From contig OX597820.1 of NCBI GenBank assembly GCA_951406725.2, positions 15,438,001-15,502,000 of the forward strand: a stretch of DNA of 64,000 bases, read 5' to 3'. The position numbers and the translations under genes are program-made. Below are positions 36,515-49,555 of this stretch, piece after piece. Source of the stretch: Octopus vulgaris (taxonomy: Eukaryota). The notes beneath the pieces were generated by a model. It was given only the letters and a program-made list of their open reading frames with translations. It was not told where the DNA came from and ran no database searches. Positions within the stretch are counted from its first letter, which is position 1, and every line of letters begins with the position of its first letter.

Positions 36515-37495
36515 CCTGGTAAGGGTGGATGAGGATAGCTATGTAAAGAAGTGATGATCACTAACTGTGGAAGGAACATGGGGAAGAGGTAGACCGAAGA
36601 AGACGTGGAATGAAATGGTGAAGACTGACCCCAAGATGTCGAGCCTCCACGAAGAGATGATAGGGGACCAAGATGAATGGCATTAAAGGCGGAGAGCTTG
36701 GCAGAATCGTTAGCACGCCAGGCGAAATGCTTAGTGGCATTCCATCTGCTGCTACGTCCTGAGTTCAAATTCCGCCGAGGTCGACTTTGCCGTTCATGCT
36801 TTTGAGGTCAATTAAATAAGTACCAGTTACGCACTGGGGTCAATATAATTGACTTAATCCGTTTGTCTGTCCTTGTTTGTCCTCTCTGTGTTTAGCCCCT
36901 TGTGGGCAGTAAAGAAATAGGCATTATGTTGTACTTGAAAAGACCCGTCCATCTCAGCATAATTGAGACTGTCAAACCTTCTCCCACAATCCATTTTCAA
37001 CTTTCTTCACTACCCATTACACCAAACTGATATCCTCTGGCTCCATCTTATTCCCTATCTCTAATCATCTGACACACTATTTTCATTCAGTGCATTCCTT
37101 ATTCTGTCTCATATTCATGCTGTACCTAAACCTCACATCTCTTTCTTTCTCTCTCTAACTTTCCAAGTGTGCAAGCCATGTATTCACCTCTTCAGCAAGA
37201 CACTTACTACCCTCTCTCTATCATAGTTTCTTTCTCCAATCTATACCTTGCAGAATCAAAGCATCTTATTTTGCAGATACTTGGTGACCTCAGCAGTACT
37301 GGTACACTGCAAAATGCACACAGTACCTTCTGTAAAGCGGTTGGCATTAGGAAAGGCATCCAGCTGTAGAAACCATGCCAAAGCAGACACAGAAACTGTT
37401 GGAGTCCTCTGACTCATCTCTTCTTGTCAAACTATCCAACCCAAACCAACATAGAAAAAGGAACGTCAGATGATGATGATGACAATGACGATGAG
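36515..37495 (+). mobile_element. Old RTE 3' fragment interrupted by SINE A (36685-36920)
   Basis: Degenerate DEDSYVKK...TVEGTWGRGRPKKTW. The sequence resumes after the SINE (ggcatta on both sides), followed by a pyrimidine-rich UTR and (GAT)n tail. Confidence 0.7.
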
Positions 37496-39257
37496 GAGAA
37501 GAAGGAGGAGAGATCAGCAAACCTTCTTGAATATGTATAAATTCTTTAACCATATTTTTTATATCCCACCGAGGTCAACATTGCTTTTCATCTTTATACG
37601 TTCAATGAAATAAAGTACTAGCCAAGCATTGAGGTCATCAGTATTGACTAACACTCAAAATTGCTAGCCTAGTGTCGAAATTTGAAACTCAAACTTGCAC
37701 GTGCACACACACACATATGATGGGCTTTTTTCAGTTTCCATCCATTCACATGCTTTTGTTGTGAATTCAAATAAATAAGACTGTTTTGCTCTTCCTCACT
37801 TTACAGTTCATAAAACAAATGCCAGCAATATACTGATTTTGAATAATTTTATAGCTTCTAAATTACTCCACAGAAGTGAAGGGATAATGAGCTGATTTTC
37901 TTGTAAAGCAATTTTAGACAAGATAATAGAGATATGAGAAGGTAGCATAGTTAATGGTTGGTTTCAGTTACAACAGATTGTAACGCAAACATGACTGAAG
38001 GACAGGAATACAATCCTTAATAAAAAAAGAAAATAAATAAATAGATGAAGTGATAGTCGTAATATCTGAGGAGACAGTGACAAAAAACTGGAGAGATGGA
38101 GGGAAGTATCTCATGATTTTGGGTGGCGAGGTCTAGAGTTTGTTAACTGGGGACGGGGGACCATTATTTTTGTTTATACATTCAATTTAAGTGATTTAAA
38201 AATCAAAATAGCATAGTTACTTCTTGCAACAAATAAAAAAAAAATTTTTGTGGTGTTTCGTAAAATATTTTTTTAACTAAGGGAAATAATTCTTGAAATA
38301 CATGTGTATATTATTTCCCTTGCCAAGCGACTCTCAATCGATTTCAACTTAAAATAGAGCTCTTCGTAGGATCAGACTGAGTCAGTTATTATATTTATTG
38401 AAAAACACATTTCCAATAGATCAAATTCTAGTACGAAACTTCAATACATCATATATTGAGAGTCGATGAAACAGCCAAACAAACTGCCGAACTATGATGA
38501 GACATACAAGTAACTTTATGACGTGTAACAAAATCTGTGCTATTGAAGTAATATTAAAATATTCACACATCTCTTTATCTCTTTACTTTTTTCAATCATT
38601 GGATTGCAGCCATACTGGGGCACTTCCTTGAAAGGATTAGTTGAATAAATAGACCCTTGGTGCTTATTTTTTAAAAGTTTGTTATTTATCTAATTGGTAT
38701 GTTTTCCTGCAGTGGTGGTGACAAACACAATACATACACATTCAATGGTCTTCCTCACAATTTTTGGCTTCCAAATTCCTGCACATGGAAACAGTCAATC
38801 TGGGGCTATAGTAAAAGACACCTGCCCAAGGTGCTGTGCAGTGGGACTGAACCTAAAAGCTTGTAGTCACAAAGTAACCTTCTTAACCATACAGCCATAC
38901 CCGATCCTAATCTGGACTGAGTGTGAGGCAAACGCATCACATCAAGACTAATTTCATGAATGGAAACTATCCAGAATCAGGAAAGTGAAAATAAACACAC
39001 AAACACTCAAAGCATGGACATTTTGGGATGTTAGTGAATAGTTTTAGCAGTTCAGTGAAAGAGAAGGAAATTAACACATTAGCTGCCACATATACTACTG
39101 GAGATTCATTGCAAACTTCACACGATCACCATATGCTCTATTGGTGGTAAATTTTCATAATTTGAGAAAATGTTTTATTCTGTATCTTTGACATGGTTTC
39201 AAGGATATTTAAATAACATGAGTGCTGAAATACAATAATATTGCATTGAGAACAGTG

Positions 39258-39655
39258 CAGCAAGCTGGTAGAAACGTTAGCATGCTGGGCACAATGCTTA
39301 GTGGTATTTCATCTGCCGTTACGTTCTGAGTTCGACTTTGCCTTTCATCCTTACGGGGTTGATAAATTAAGTACCAGTTACGTACTGGGGTCGATGTAAT
39401 CGACTTAATACCTATGTCTGTCCTTGTTTGTCCCCTCTGTGTTTAGCCCCTTGTGGGTAATAAAGAAATAGGTATTTCATCTGCCAGTATTTCATTGAGT
39501 TGAAATTCCGCCAAAGTTTATTTTGCTTTTCATCCTTTCAGGGTCGATTCAATAAGTACTTGTTACGCATTGGGGTCGATGTAATCGACTTAATCCCTTT
39601 GTCTGTCCTTGTTTGTCCCCTCTATGTTTAGCCCCCTGCGAGCAATAAAAAAATA
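39258..39655 (+). mobile_element. Tandem dimer of SINE A with long TSD
   Basis: Two head-to-tail units, flanked on both sides by aatattgcattgagaaca. Confidence 0.85.
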
Positions 39656-40071
39656 AATATTGCATTGAGAACAATAGCAAGTAAAATATGTGGGGTCACC
39701 CAGTAAGTTCCAGTAACAGGCCACAGTAATTAATGTGTTAAATCAATAATAGGAATGAAACAAATGGGTATCCTAGGGTATTACCCATTCACTGAACCCT
39801 TAAAACTATAAATTACATTACACCAATGTACCAATTATTCCTATGGTAAATTCTTGGATTTGTAGGTAACCAGATGCCTGTGAACTGCCCTTTCAATTCT
39901 ACATTGACCAACAATTTGAATGATTAAATTACATGTTATATTTGGAATAAACTGCCTACCCAAAACACAGTGTGATTTGCTATTGATTTCCCTCGATCTG
40001 ATTAATCGATCTTCTCTTTGTTTCCTTTATATATATAATACAAACATACACACACAGAGCAGGCTATCATT

Positions 40072-40311
40072 CATTTCTTATTTCTTTATTGCCCACAAGG
40101 GGCTAAACATAGCGGGGACAAACAAGGACGGACAAAGGGATTAAGTTGATTACATCGACCCCAGTGCGTAACTGGTACTTAATTTATCGACTCCAAAAGG
40201 ATGAAAGGCAAAGTCGACCTCGGCAGAATTTGAACTCAGAACGTAATGGCAGGCGAAATACTGCTAAGCATTTCGCCTGGCGTGCTAACTTTTCTGCCAG
40301 CTCGCCGCCTT
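40072..40311 (-). mobile_element. SINE A, young full-length copy nested in SINE B
   Basis: Near-consensus with CpGs retained; flanked by tatcat(t/a)catttct. Confidence 0.85.
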
Positions 40312-40452
40312 TTATCATACATTTCTAGCAACCAAAATTTCACTGACAAGGCATTAATAGGACTAAGGCTAGAGAAAAAGACACTTGCTCAAGGTGCTAC
40401 AAAGTAGAATGGAATGCAAAACCTTGTGGGTTTTAATAACCATACAGCCATA

Positions 40453-41543
40453 TACGAGGAGGGGGGGCCTGCTGTGAATAAGTTCAATCAGAAGAACCAT
40501 ACAACCCATCCTGACATCTGCATACTCAATCATTCATTCACCAAAGTATCAAGGTAACTATAGATTACCCCACTAAGAACCCTAACAATAGACTACCTGT
40601 ACTTGATACTGAACTTTGGTTAGAGACTGTGAACAATAGAGTGCAGCTCCCCCACTCTTATTACATGAAACCTGTAACTTCAAAATATGTTGTTCACAAG
40701 AACTCAGCTTTGTCACACAACATGAAAATTAACATATACTAATAGCAGACCTAGTTAGAATAATGAACAATGTGTCCCCACAATGCGAACCCTATGAAAT
40801 GAAGAAACATATACAGAACTTCATACACCGCATGCAGTTCTCTGGATATGATCAAAAAGATAGGGTTCATGCATACAGGGGGGGCTAGAAAGAAATTAGA
40901 TAACATTATACGTAATGATACCAGTGGTACCTGCCCTAGATATAGAAACAAAGAATGGAATAGAATACAAAGAGCTTGTGACAAAGTAAACAGGGCGAAC
41001 ACGTGGTATAAAACCGACAAATATCAAGGAGTGATGTTTGTAGAGGCCACAGCCCATGGAGAACTAGCCCACAGATTTAGAAAAGCTCTGAAGGAGACCA
41101 AAATCAACATTAAAATTGTTGAAAAGCCAGGGAACTCCGTCAGATCACAAGTATGTAGGACGTAACCCTTTGAGAATACCATATGCACCAATGATAACTG
41201 CATGGTATGTAGAATTAGCCCTGGTATTAACTGTGGAACTCAAAATGTAGTTTACAGCATAAGATGCATAGAAGGTGCTTGTAAGGACATGAACGTGATG
41301 TACACAGGGGAGACGTCTAGGAGCATTGCGGAACAGATAAATGAGCATCTAAGACAATATGACAAGAGAAAAAAGTCCTCCATACTCTACCAACATGCCA
41401 AAGACCACCATGGAGGTTACTTGGGTCAACTTGACATCCGCATCTTATCCAAGCAGCCAAAAGACCCAACACTCAGACAAATACGGGAGTACGTCCTTAT
41501 AAATGAAACTTCCCCAATATTAAATAGGAAATATACACAATAA
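40453..41543 (+). mobile_element. Penelope-like element remnant (RT thumb + GIY-YIG endonuclease), pseudogenised
   Basis: SIKVTIDYPTKNPNNRLPVLDTELW...SYYMKP..SKYVVHKNSALSHNMKIN, then MFVEATAHGELA..., a single in-frame stop at 41163-41165, then CMVC...NCGTQNVVYSIRC...YTGETSRSIAEQINEH...LYQH...DPTLRQIRE...LN (GIY-YIG). Confidence 0.9.
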
Positions 41544-41829
41544 ATACCATACCTCCATACCCACAGTTTACACAGGTAGAGTAGAATAGTTAGTGGACTG
41601 TTAGGTAGATAAATGTATGTATGTATGTGGGTGTGAGTGTGTGTATGCCTTTTTTTAACCATTATTATTTTTTGTTTTTGTTATATTTTTTATATTTTAT
41701 ATTTTTTATTCTTTATATTTTATATTTTTTATTTTTTTATTTCTGTATGTAAGCATTTAGATATGTAAATAAACAGATCAACATACAGACGGATAGGTAC
41801 ATAGGTTACAAGAACAGACACATGTGGAT

Positions 41830-42160
41830 CCACGGATCCACACATATAAAGATGCACATCCATACATACAAACATGGTACATAGTTACATAACACACACA
41901 TACACACACAGATATGCACACACAAGGAGACAGAGGTGCATACATATACAAATACATGCTTACACACACATACATAGAAAATACACAAACACGGACTGGC
42001 AAGCACATAAATATGCAGGATATGTACATACAGATGTACACACACACATATATATATATACATACACACACATGCAAACACACACACACACATACATACG
42101 TATATGTATGCAAGTATAGGCACACACACACACAGACCCACACACATGAGCACAAATAAA
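41830..42160. repeat. Degenerate (CA)/(TA)-rich low-complexity tract
   Basis: Directly visible; source of the many HT/CV ORFs. Confidence 0.9.
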
Positions 42161-42354
42161 CAAAAGAGAACGCAGTGTAAATAGCGGACAGAGTCAATCT
42201 ATTGAAAAGGTTGCAAGACGCAACGAAAATTTTAGAAAATAAAAATAAGAAATAAGTGGAAATTTTACCGGTGAGTGTGTTAAATAATAAGGCACTAAAA
42301 GAGAATGACTCTCCCCAGACACAACAGAATATATATATATATATATGTATATAG

Positions 42355-42649
42355 ACTCTCCCGTCATTAGACAATGTATGAGGGTTCAGCAATTTCTTGC
42401 GGAACAACCACACAGATGATTTGTTTATATTGATCAAATGTTTGTGTACATATAAGCTCACTCCCTCCATCATATCAACATTACCTGTACAGGTGCACTG
42501 TGTGCCACATGTCAGTTGATATGATTGCAGAACAACGTGGAATGAAGTGCTTTGCTCAAGGACACAACGCAACGCCTGGTCTGGGAATCAAACCCACGAT
42601 CTCGCAGTCATGAGTGCAACACCCTAACCACTAAGCTATGCACCTTCAC

Positions 42650-42650
<1 letters not shown>
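42355..42650 (-). mobile_element. tRNA-derived SINE related to family C
   Basis: Minus-strand head gcatagcttagtggttagggtgttgcactcatgac...gtgggtttgattccc, then gtgtccttgagcaaagcactt. Confidence 0.75.
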
Positions 42651-42697
<47 letters not shown>

Positions 42698-42835
42698 GTT
42701 GTCGTTGTCATTGAGATATTCAAATAAAATTTCTACAACAATAATAACTTGTATAAAGAATGCCTGGGAATAATTATCGATACTTGTTTTACAAATTTAG
42801 CCACTAAAACTTAGTATTAAACTTTATATACATAC

Positions 42836-43027
42836 ATTTTGTAGCATTTGTTCCGTCGTGAATAGTCGAGATCTCTTGTCTTCCAGACTGTACTCAAGCT
42901 CTCGGATTTTATCACCTTTAGCCTCCAACTGGTCTTTAAGCACACCGATTTGTAGCAACAAGTTTTGTTTATCTGACTCAAGGCGAGTGATCTTCTCCTC
43001 AAATGTCTCCCCGATATTGGCACCACC
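42836..43027 (-). CDS. Internal coding exon of a liprin-beta (PPFIBP1/2-like) gene, N-terminal coiled coil
   Basis: Acceptor tttctattttcttttgtttcag|GGT and donor AAT|gtatgt flank 192 bp (64 codons, phase 0/0) reading GGANIGETFEEKITRLESDKQNLLLQIGVLKDQLEAKGDKIRELEYSLEDKRSRLFTTEQMLQN. This matches the remembered liprin-beta motif YQERLARLENDKESLVLQVSVLTDQVEAQGEKIRDLEFCLEEHREKLNATEEMLQQ. The paralogue cannot be assigned in an invertebrate. Confidence 0.9.
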
Positions 43028-43665
43028 CTGAAACAAAAGAAAATAGAAATTTTTATAATATACTAACGCCTAAACAAACTTTAGTTATCTACTGTTTGAT
43101 GAGGGTCATTAAATAAGATTTTAGATATACTCATTGTCACAATTTTAGAAGATTTTAGAAGACTCACAATTATATTAAGATTCCATAATACTGATTTTAT
43201 ATACAGAATATATAATACCAGTTTCCTCTATATGTACAATACATAGGCATACGGTGGTTATGTTATAAGAAGTTTGGTTACCAATCATATGATTTCTGGT
43301 TCAGTCTCGCTGTGTGGCAACTTGAACAAGAGGTATTTACCATAGCCCCAGACTGACCAAAACCATATAAGTAGATTTGGCAGATGGAAACTGAAAGAAG
43401 CCTGTTGTGTGTGCGTGGTTGTTACTGTCTCTTTGCTTTGACTTCATGTGAAATCAAGGCATCATGTAAGTATTGTCCTTTGTTTCCAGTTTTCCATGAA
43501 AAATATGTCTGGTCATGGGGAAATATTACTTTACTTAGAAACAAGTCAGGGTTGGTGAGAAGAAAGGCATCGAACAGTAGAAAATCTGCCTCAACAATGC
43601 TAATGATACACAATTTACCAAATCAACATAGTATATTATAGGTACTTATTTTACTTCCAAGTAAA

Positions 43666-44222
43666 AATAATAATAATAATAATAATAATAATAATTGTGT
43701 ACAGTGCTCAGGTGCACTACAACTCATCTAAAGTGTATATATAATCAGGTGAAGTTTCGGCGGATTTCGGAAAGCATGAGGGCCTTAAAAGATGCAGTGT
43801 CATGGCAGTCAACAACTGACGCAGGCAGTTTATTCCATGCTTCAGCAACTCTGAGCGTGAAAAAATGTTTCCGAAAGTCATGGGAGCTGTATTGTTTTCT
43901 GACTTTGTAGGCATGTCCACGTGTGTTAGACACATGGAGATCAAAAAGGTGTTCAGTGTTGTTGTTGGTGAGGTGGTTGATAACTTTGTGGGTGTTTACC
44001 AAGTCCGTCGCCAAACGCCGGAGCTTCAGTGAATCCATGCCCAGGGAAACAAGGCGCTCAGAATATGGTAGGTGTCTGATGGAGGGTATGCGTTTGGTTG
44101 CACGTCTCTGGACAGATTCCAGGAGGTCAATGTTCTGTGCAAGATAGGGGTTCCAAACTGATGATGCGAATTCCAAGTGTGGTCGTACCATAGCTGTATA
44201 CAGTTTTAAATAGATAGCTGGA
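43666..44222 (-). mobile_element. Young CR1-group LINE, 5'-truncated
   Basis: Open ORF2 C-terminus LYTAMVRPHLEFASSVWNPY...LESVQRRATK...YSERL...TRGH...FFTLRVAEAWNKLP, with an (ATT)n tail. Confidence 0.95.
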
Positions 44223-45052
44223 CAGATGTAAGGAAATAATGGACATCACTTGTATGATGGCAACACTTGTTTTCTACTATCACAAGATGCCAACTGACAC
44301 AGACGTGTGTGGTGTGGTGTGCGATGAGTTTCTTTCAGTTTCCATCTTTCAAATCCACTCACAAGGCTTCGGTCAGTATAAGGCTACAGTAGAAGATTCT
44401 TGTCTAAGGTGCCATGAAGTGGAACTGAACCCAAAGCTAAGTGGTTGGGAAGCAAGCTTCTTAACTACACAGCAATGCCTGTAACTATAATATTTTAATG
44501 AATTAAAAAAACGAAAAGCTTTAATTAATTTTGAAGAAAAACAATTTGTTATATTCTGCTCCATTATTATAAAACATATAAACAAAACATATAAACAAAT
44601 AAAACATGTAAACAAAAACAAAAATAACAAGAAATGAGTTTGTTACAGAAACATTTGATGGAAAGTGAAACTAAATCATTTTTCTATCTCTTGCTGTTAA
44701 TCATTCAGACTACCACGCCCTCTCATAAAACATCACGTGGTAACATCAGAAATCTTTTAGTCCAAGCTAGTTTCAAAACATCTATCACTACAATTCTCCA
44801 GTTCTGGCCATTTATAGCTACCAAGAATCATTAACAGCCTATATCACGATATGTAAGTAGAAAGATGTAAACATAAAAATTCACTTGTAGGTTATGGTGT
44901 ATTCTCTCCAGGTAGTTAATTCCATAAACATAGTCCAAAACATAATCTATTCCGTTCCCCTAAGATCCTACAGTTTCAAATGGATATGATTCCATAGCTT
45001 GTACTGTTAGCAAAAGAAGATCTTACCAACCAAAATACACACCCCACCTTCT

Positions 45053-45086
<34 letters not shown>

Positions 45087-45237
45087 TACATACACACCAA
45101 TAGACACAGAGAATGAAAGTGTAATCCATCTGAATTTATGTATACAAAATACAAGTTTATGTTTGCATAATATATCATCCAACTGTTTACAGTCTATAAG
45201 TAGGGAGAAAAACAAATCTGATTCATCTACAAAAATG

Positions 45238-45239
<2 letters not shown>

Positions 45240-45274
<35 letters not shown>

Positions 45275-45284
45275 TGTGTGTGTG

Positions 45285-45327
<43 letters not shown>
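45240..45327. repeat. (TG)n(GA)n microsatellite
   Basis: Directly visible. Confidence 0.95.
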
Positions 45328-45331
<4 letters not shown>

Positions 45332-46021
45332 CTTTAAAATAGTATAAGTTCTAAACTTTTAGAAATACACGTTAATATACCATATTTTTAAAAACACGCT
45401 ACATTAAGATGTATAAAAATATTAAAATAAACATTATAAACACTTTCAAATAGTAATACTCATTTTTTAATGCATACTCACATATGGATGTATAATGGAG
45501 CCTAAAGCCAGATTTGCAAATTTATAGAAAAAAAATGTAAATGATATTTTGTAAATAGAGATACAGTTTTTGAACTGTATAATTTTAGATGCATAATTTT
45601 ATATACATCACTTATAAAATTATGCCACATACATAAAGGACACAGATACACGTAATATTTCATTTTGTAGTTCAATCAAGAGTTTCTACACTGCCGAGTG
45701 TTTTACAAAGTTAGACTGTGGGTTCAATAAATAATTTTCCTTAAGAGCAATCGTTTTTCACGTTATGCTCTAGGTTCAAATTTCACCAAGGTCAACTTTA
45801 CTTTTCGAGGCTGGCCTTGGAGGGTTTAGTTGAACAAATTCATCTGAGTACTTATAATTTTTTGTAACTTTGGTACTTATTCTATTAGTCTTTTTTTGCC
45901 AAACTGCCAGGTTATGGGGATGTAAACAATCCAATGCTGCTTGTCATTCTGTTGAGGTTGGGGGAGTGACAAACAAAGTCATACACATATTCACACATAC
46001 AATGTGCTTCCACACAGTTTC

Positions 46022-46423
46022 CTATTTCTTTATTGCCCACAAAGGGCTAAACATAGAGGGGACAAACAAGGACAAACAAAGGGATTAAGTCAATTACATC
46101 GACCCCAGTGTGTAACTGGTACTAAATTTATTGATCCCGAAAGGATGAAAGGCAAAGTTGACTTCAGCAGAATTTTGAACTCAGAACGTAAAGACTGATG
46201 AAATGCCTATTTCTTTACTACCCACAAGGGGCTAAACACAGAGAGGACAAACAAGGACAGACAAACAGATTAAGTTGATTATATTGACCCCAGTATGTAA
46301 CTGGTACTTATTTAATCAACCCCGAAATGATGAAAGGCAAAGTCAACCTCAGTGGAATTTGAACTCAGAACGTAACAGCAGATGAAATACCGCTAAGCAT
46401 TTCACCCGGTGTGCTAACGTTTC
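46022..46423 (-). mobile_element. Tandem dimer of SINE A nested in SINE B
   Basis: Two units, with 16-bp TSD cttccacacagtttcc on both sides. Confidence 0.85.
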
Positions 46424-46586
46424 TTCCACACAGTTTCCATCTACTAAATTCACTCACAAGGCATTGATCAAGCTGGAGCTATAGTAGAAGACATTAGCCC
46501 AAGGTAGTGTGCAAAGGGGCTGAATCCAAAACCTCATGGTTGCAAAGCAAACTTCTTAAGCACATATGTCTTATGTGATGCAATTG

Positions 46587-46642
<56 letters not shown>

Positions 46643-46644
<2 letters not shown>

Positions 46645-47056
46645 CCAGTGCCACCAGTCTGGTTCCCCATTTTGATGGCACGTTAAAAGTACCATCCATA
46701 CATGGTCAATGCCAGCTCCCTTGCCCCAACTGGTTCCTGTGCTGGTGGCACGTGAAAGACACCATCCGAACATGACTGATGCCAGTACTACTTTGACTGG
46801 TTCCCATGCCAGTGGCACGTAAAAGCACCATCCAAATGTGGTCGATGCCAGTCCTATCTGGCTCCTGTGCCAGTGGCACGTAAAACGCACCCACTACAGT
46901 CTCAGAGTGGTTGCATTAAGAAGGGCATCCAGCTGTAGAAACACTCCAGATCAGATTGGAGCCTGGTGCAGCCTCCTGGCTTCTGAGACTCCAGTCGAAC
47001 CATCCAACCCATGCCAGTATGGAAAACGAATGTTTAACGATGATGACGATGATGAT
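46643..47056 (+). mobile_element. RTE 3' UTR with expanded internal ~60-bp tandem repeat
   Basis: Four ggcacgt.aaa...cacc units precede the conserved tail and (GAT)n. Confidence 0.8.
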
Positions 47057-47603
47057 GAGGTGAATTAATTTATGTTCCTTAGATTAATTAATTAGCATAT
47101 AATCTAATTTGAATATAATAAAAATAGCTTTTAATGTCTGTGTTAAGAAATTTAAGTTGGAATAAGCTGCTTCAGCTTGAACAATTCTATATTTGTTTGG
47201 ATTATTTTGCAATATCTTTTATCTTTTATTTGTTTCAGTCATTAGACTGTGGCCATGTTGGGGCACTGCCTTGAAGAATTTTTAGCCGAATGAATTGACC
47301 CCAGTACTTATTTTTCTTTTAAATCTGGTGCTTATTCTGTTGATCTCTTTCACTGAACCACTTAGTTACTGGGACATAAACACACCAACACCGGTTGTCA
47401 AGTGGTGGTGGGGGACAAACACAGACATAAAGACATACACACATATATGATGGGCTTCTTTCAGTTTCCATCTACCAAATCCACTCACAAGGCTTGGCTT
47501 TGATCAGCCCAAGACTATAGTAGATGTAGTAGAAGACACTTGCCCAATGTGCCATGCAGTGAGACTGAACCTGGAACCGTGTGGTTAGAAAACAAGCTTC
47601 TTA

Positions 47604-47829
47604 TTTCTTTACTGCCCACAAGGGGCTACACACAGAGGGGACAAACAAGGACAGACAAACGGAATAAATCGATTATATCGACCCCAGTGCATAACTGGTA
47701 CTTATTTAATTGATCCCAAAAGGATAAAAGGCAAAGTCGACCTAGGCGGAATTTGAACTCAGAATGTAGCGGCAGACAAAATACTGCTAAGCATTTTGCC
47801 TGGCGTGCTTACGTTTCTGCCAGCTCGCC
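47604..47829 (-). mobile_element. SINE A nested in the head of a SINE B
   Basis: TSD gcttctta at 47596-47603 and 47830-47837. Confidence 0.9.
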
Positions 47830-49344
47830 GCTTCTTACCACACAGCCATACCTGTGCCTATGCCACACCCAAGCCTATGTATCATTTATTCAGAACAATC
47901 TAGTTTGTTAAATAATTAATGAATAAAGCATACAAAGTAATATCAATGATTATATTTGAATCTTAATATCGAAACCATTTTCTGTTAGCATTATTTTATT
48001 ACTGTCCACTTGAGTGTTCTTCATAAAAATCTAGGATCAAGAAATCTTTAAGTGCACAAGATACTCAAGATATCTGTTTTGAATGAAAGCCTGAAAAGAT
48101 TAAGTGGTTATTCCACTTATCCATAATAATAAGAAACAAAAAATTAAATAAAATGAAGTAAAATATTGATAATGAATAATGATATTCAGAAACAAACTGG
48201 GTTCTGACAGATATATATTATGATCCTGTAGAATGTCATATTTATAATTAATTCACTTTGATTTTTTTAATCTTCTTTTTTTTTCCTTTTATGCATTTCA
48301 ATCATTGGACAACAGCCATGCTAGGGTACTGCCTTGAAAGGTTTAGATGAAGAAATTCACCTAAGTTCTTATGTTTTTTTGGTACTTATTTTATCAGTCT
48401 CTTTTGCCAAACTGCTAGGTTATGGGGATGTAAAGAACCTAACACTTGTTGTCAAGCTTGCAAGATGGGGGTAAACATAGACACAAAGGCATGCACATAT
48501 TGGTACTTGTTCTATTGGTCTCTTTTGCCAAATTGCTAAGTTATGGGGAGGCATGCACATATTCACACACATGCTCAAACACACACACACAAGGAGCTTC
48601 CACACAGTTTCTGTCTAAGTTCACAAGGCATTGCTCCATCTAGCGCTGTAGTAGAAGATATTTGCCCAAGATGCTGGCATGTAGTGGGACTAAACCCAAA
48701 ACCTGGTGGTTGCAAAGAAAGCTCCTTAAACACACACATCTTATGTGATGCAATTTACAATTAATGCACTTTGATATTAAGCCTAGCTTTAATTTTCTTT
48801 TCCTAATGACTGAAAATATTAAAAAAAATGACATCCATTGTTATAGACTTCAATCAAGCCAGAATTTTTATTTATTTATTTGCTGCCTTGATAAACAACT
48901 ACTTTAAGAAACACTTCTCTTAGCTTTTTCACTGATCCAGATATAAAGAGAATTCAAGACAATATAAAACTTCTACATCAACTAAAAAACAAAAGAAAAA
49001 TATCTCTACAATTACAGTCAATGGCTTAAGAAATTAATGTTTTCCATTCTCAATAGCATGGAGTTATTTATTGATTTTACATGTTGACTTTTTGATTATA
49101 AAATTAATAAAATACTTTATATGTAATTCAACTTTGGTGAATTGGTTGAAGTATAATATACTTTGCATTATCAAAGATGAAGACAATAATTATCATTTGT
49201 CAGCATACTGTGTGAGATGTGGAGTAAATCATTTGAAAATATCAAACACAAAATTAAGTAAACCTCTCAAATGCTGTTTGAGATGATCTGTAAATTTCTT
49301 TAGCGGTTTTCAAGATGCTAAATATAATTCAATTTATATCCATA

Positions 49345-49498
49345 GGTACAGGCATGGCAAGAAGTTTGCTTCACAATCACATGGTTCTGGATTCAGTCTC
49401 ATTGCATGGCATCTTGGCCAAGAGTCTTGTATTGTAGCCATGGGCCAACAAAAACCTTGTGAGTGGATTTGGTAGGTGGAAACTGAAAGAAGCTTGGG

Positions 49499-49555
<57 letters not shown>

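Noticed and set aside
41778-42572. 264-aa ORF and overlapping CV/HT/YI-rich ORFs
   Set aside because: These are translations of CA/TA microsatellite and SINE sequence, with no domain or splice support.
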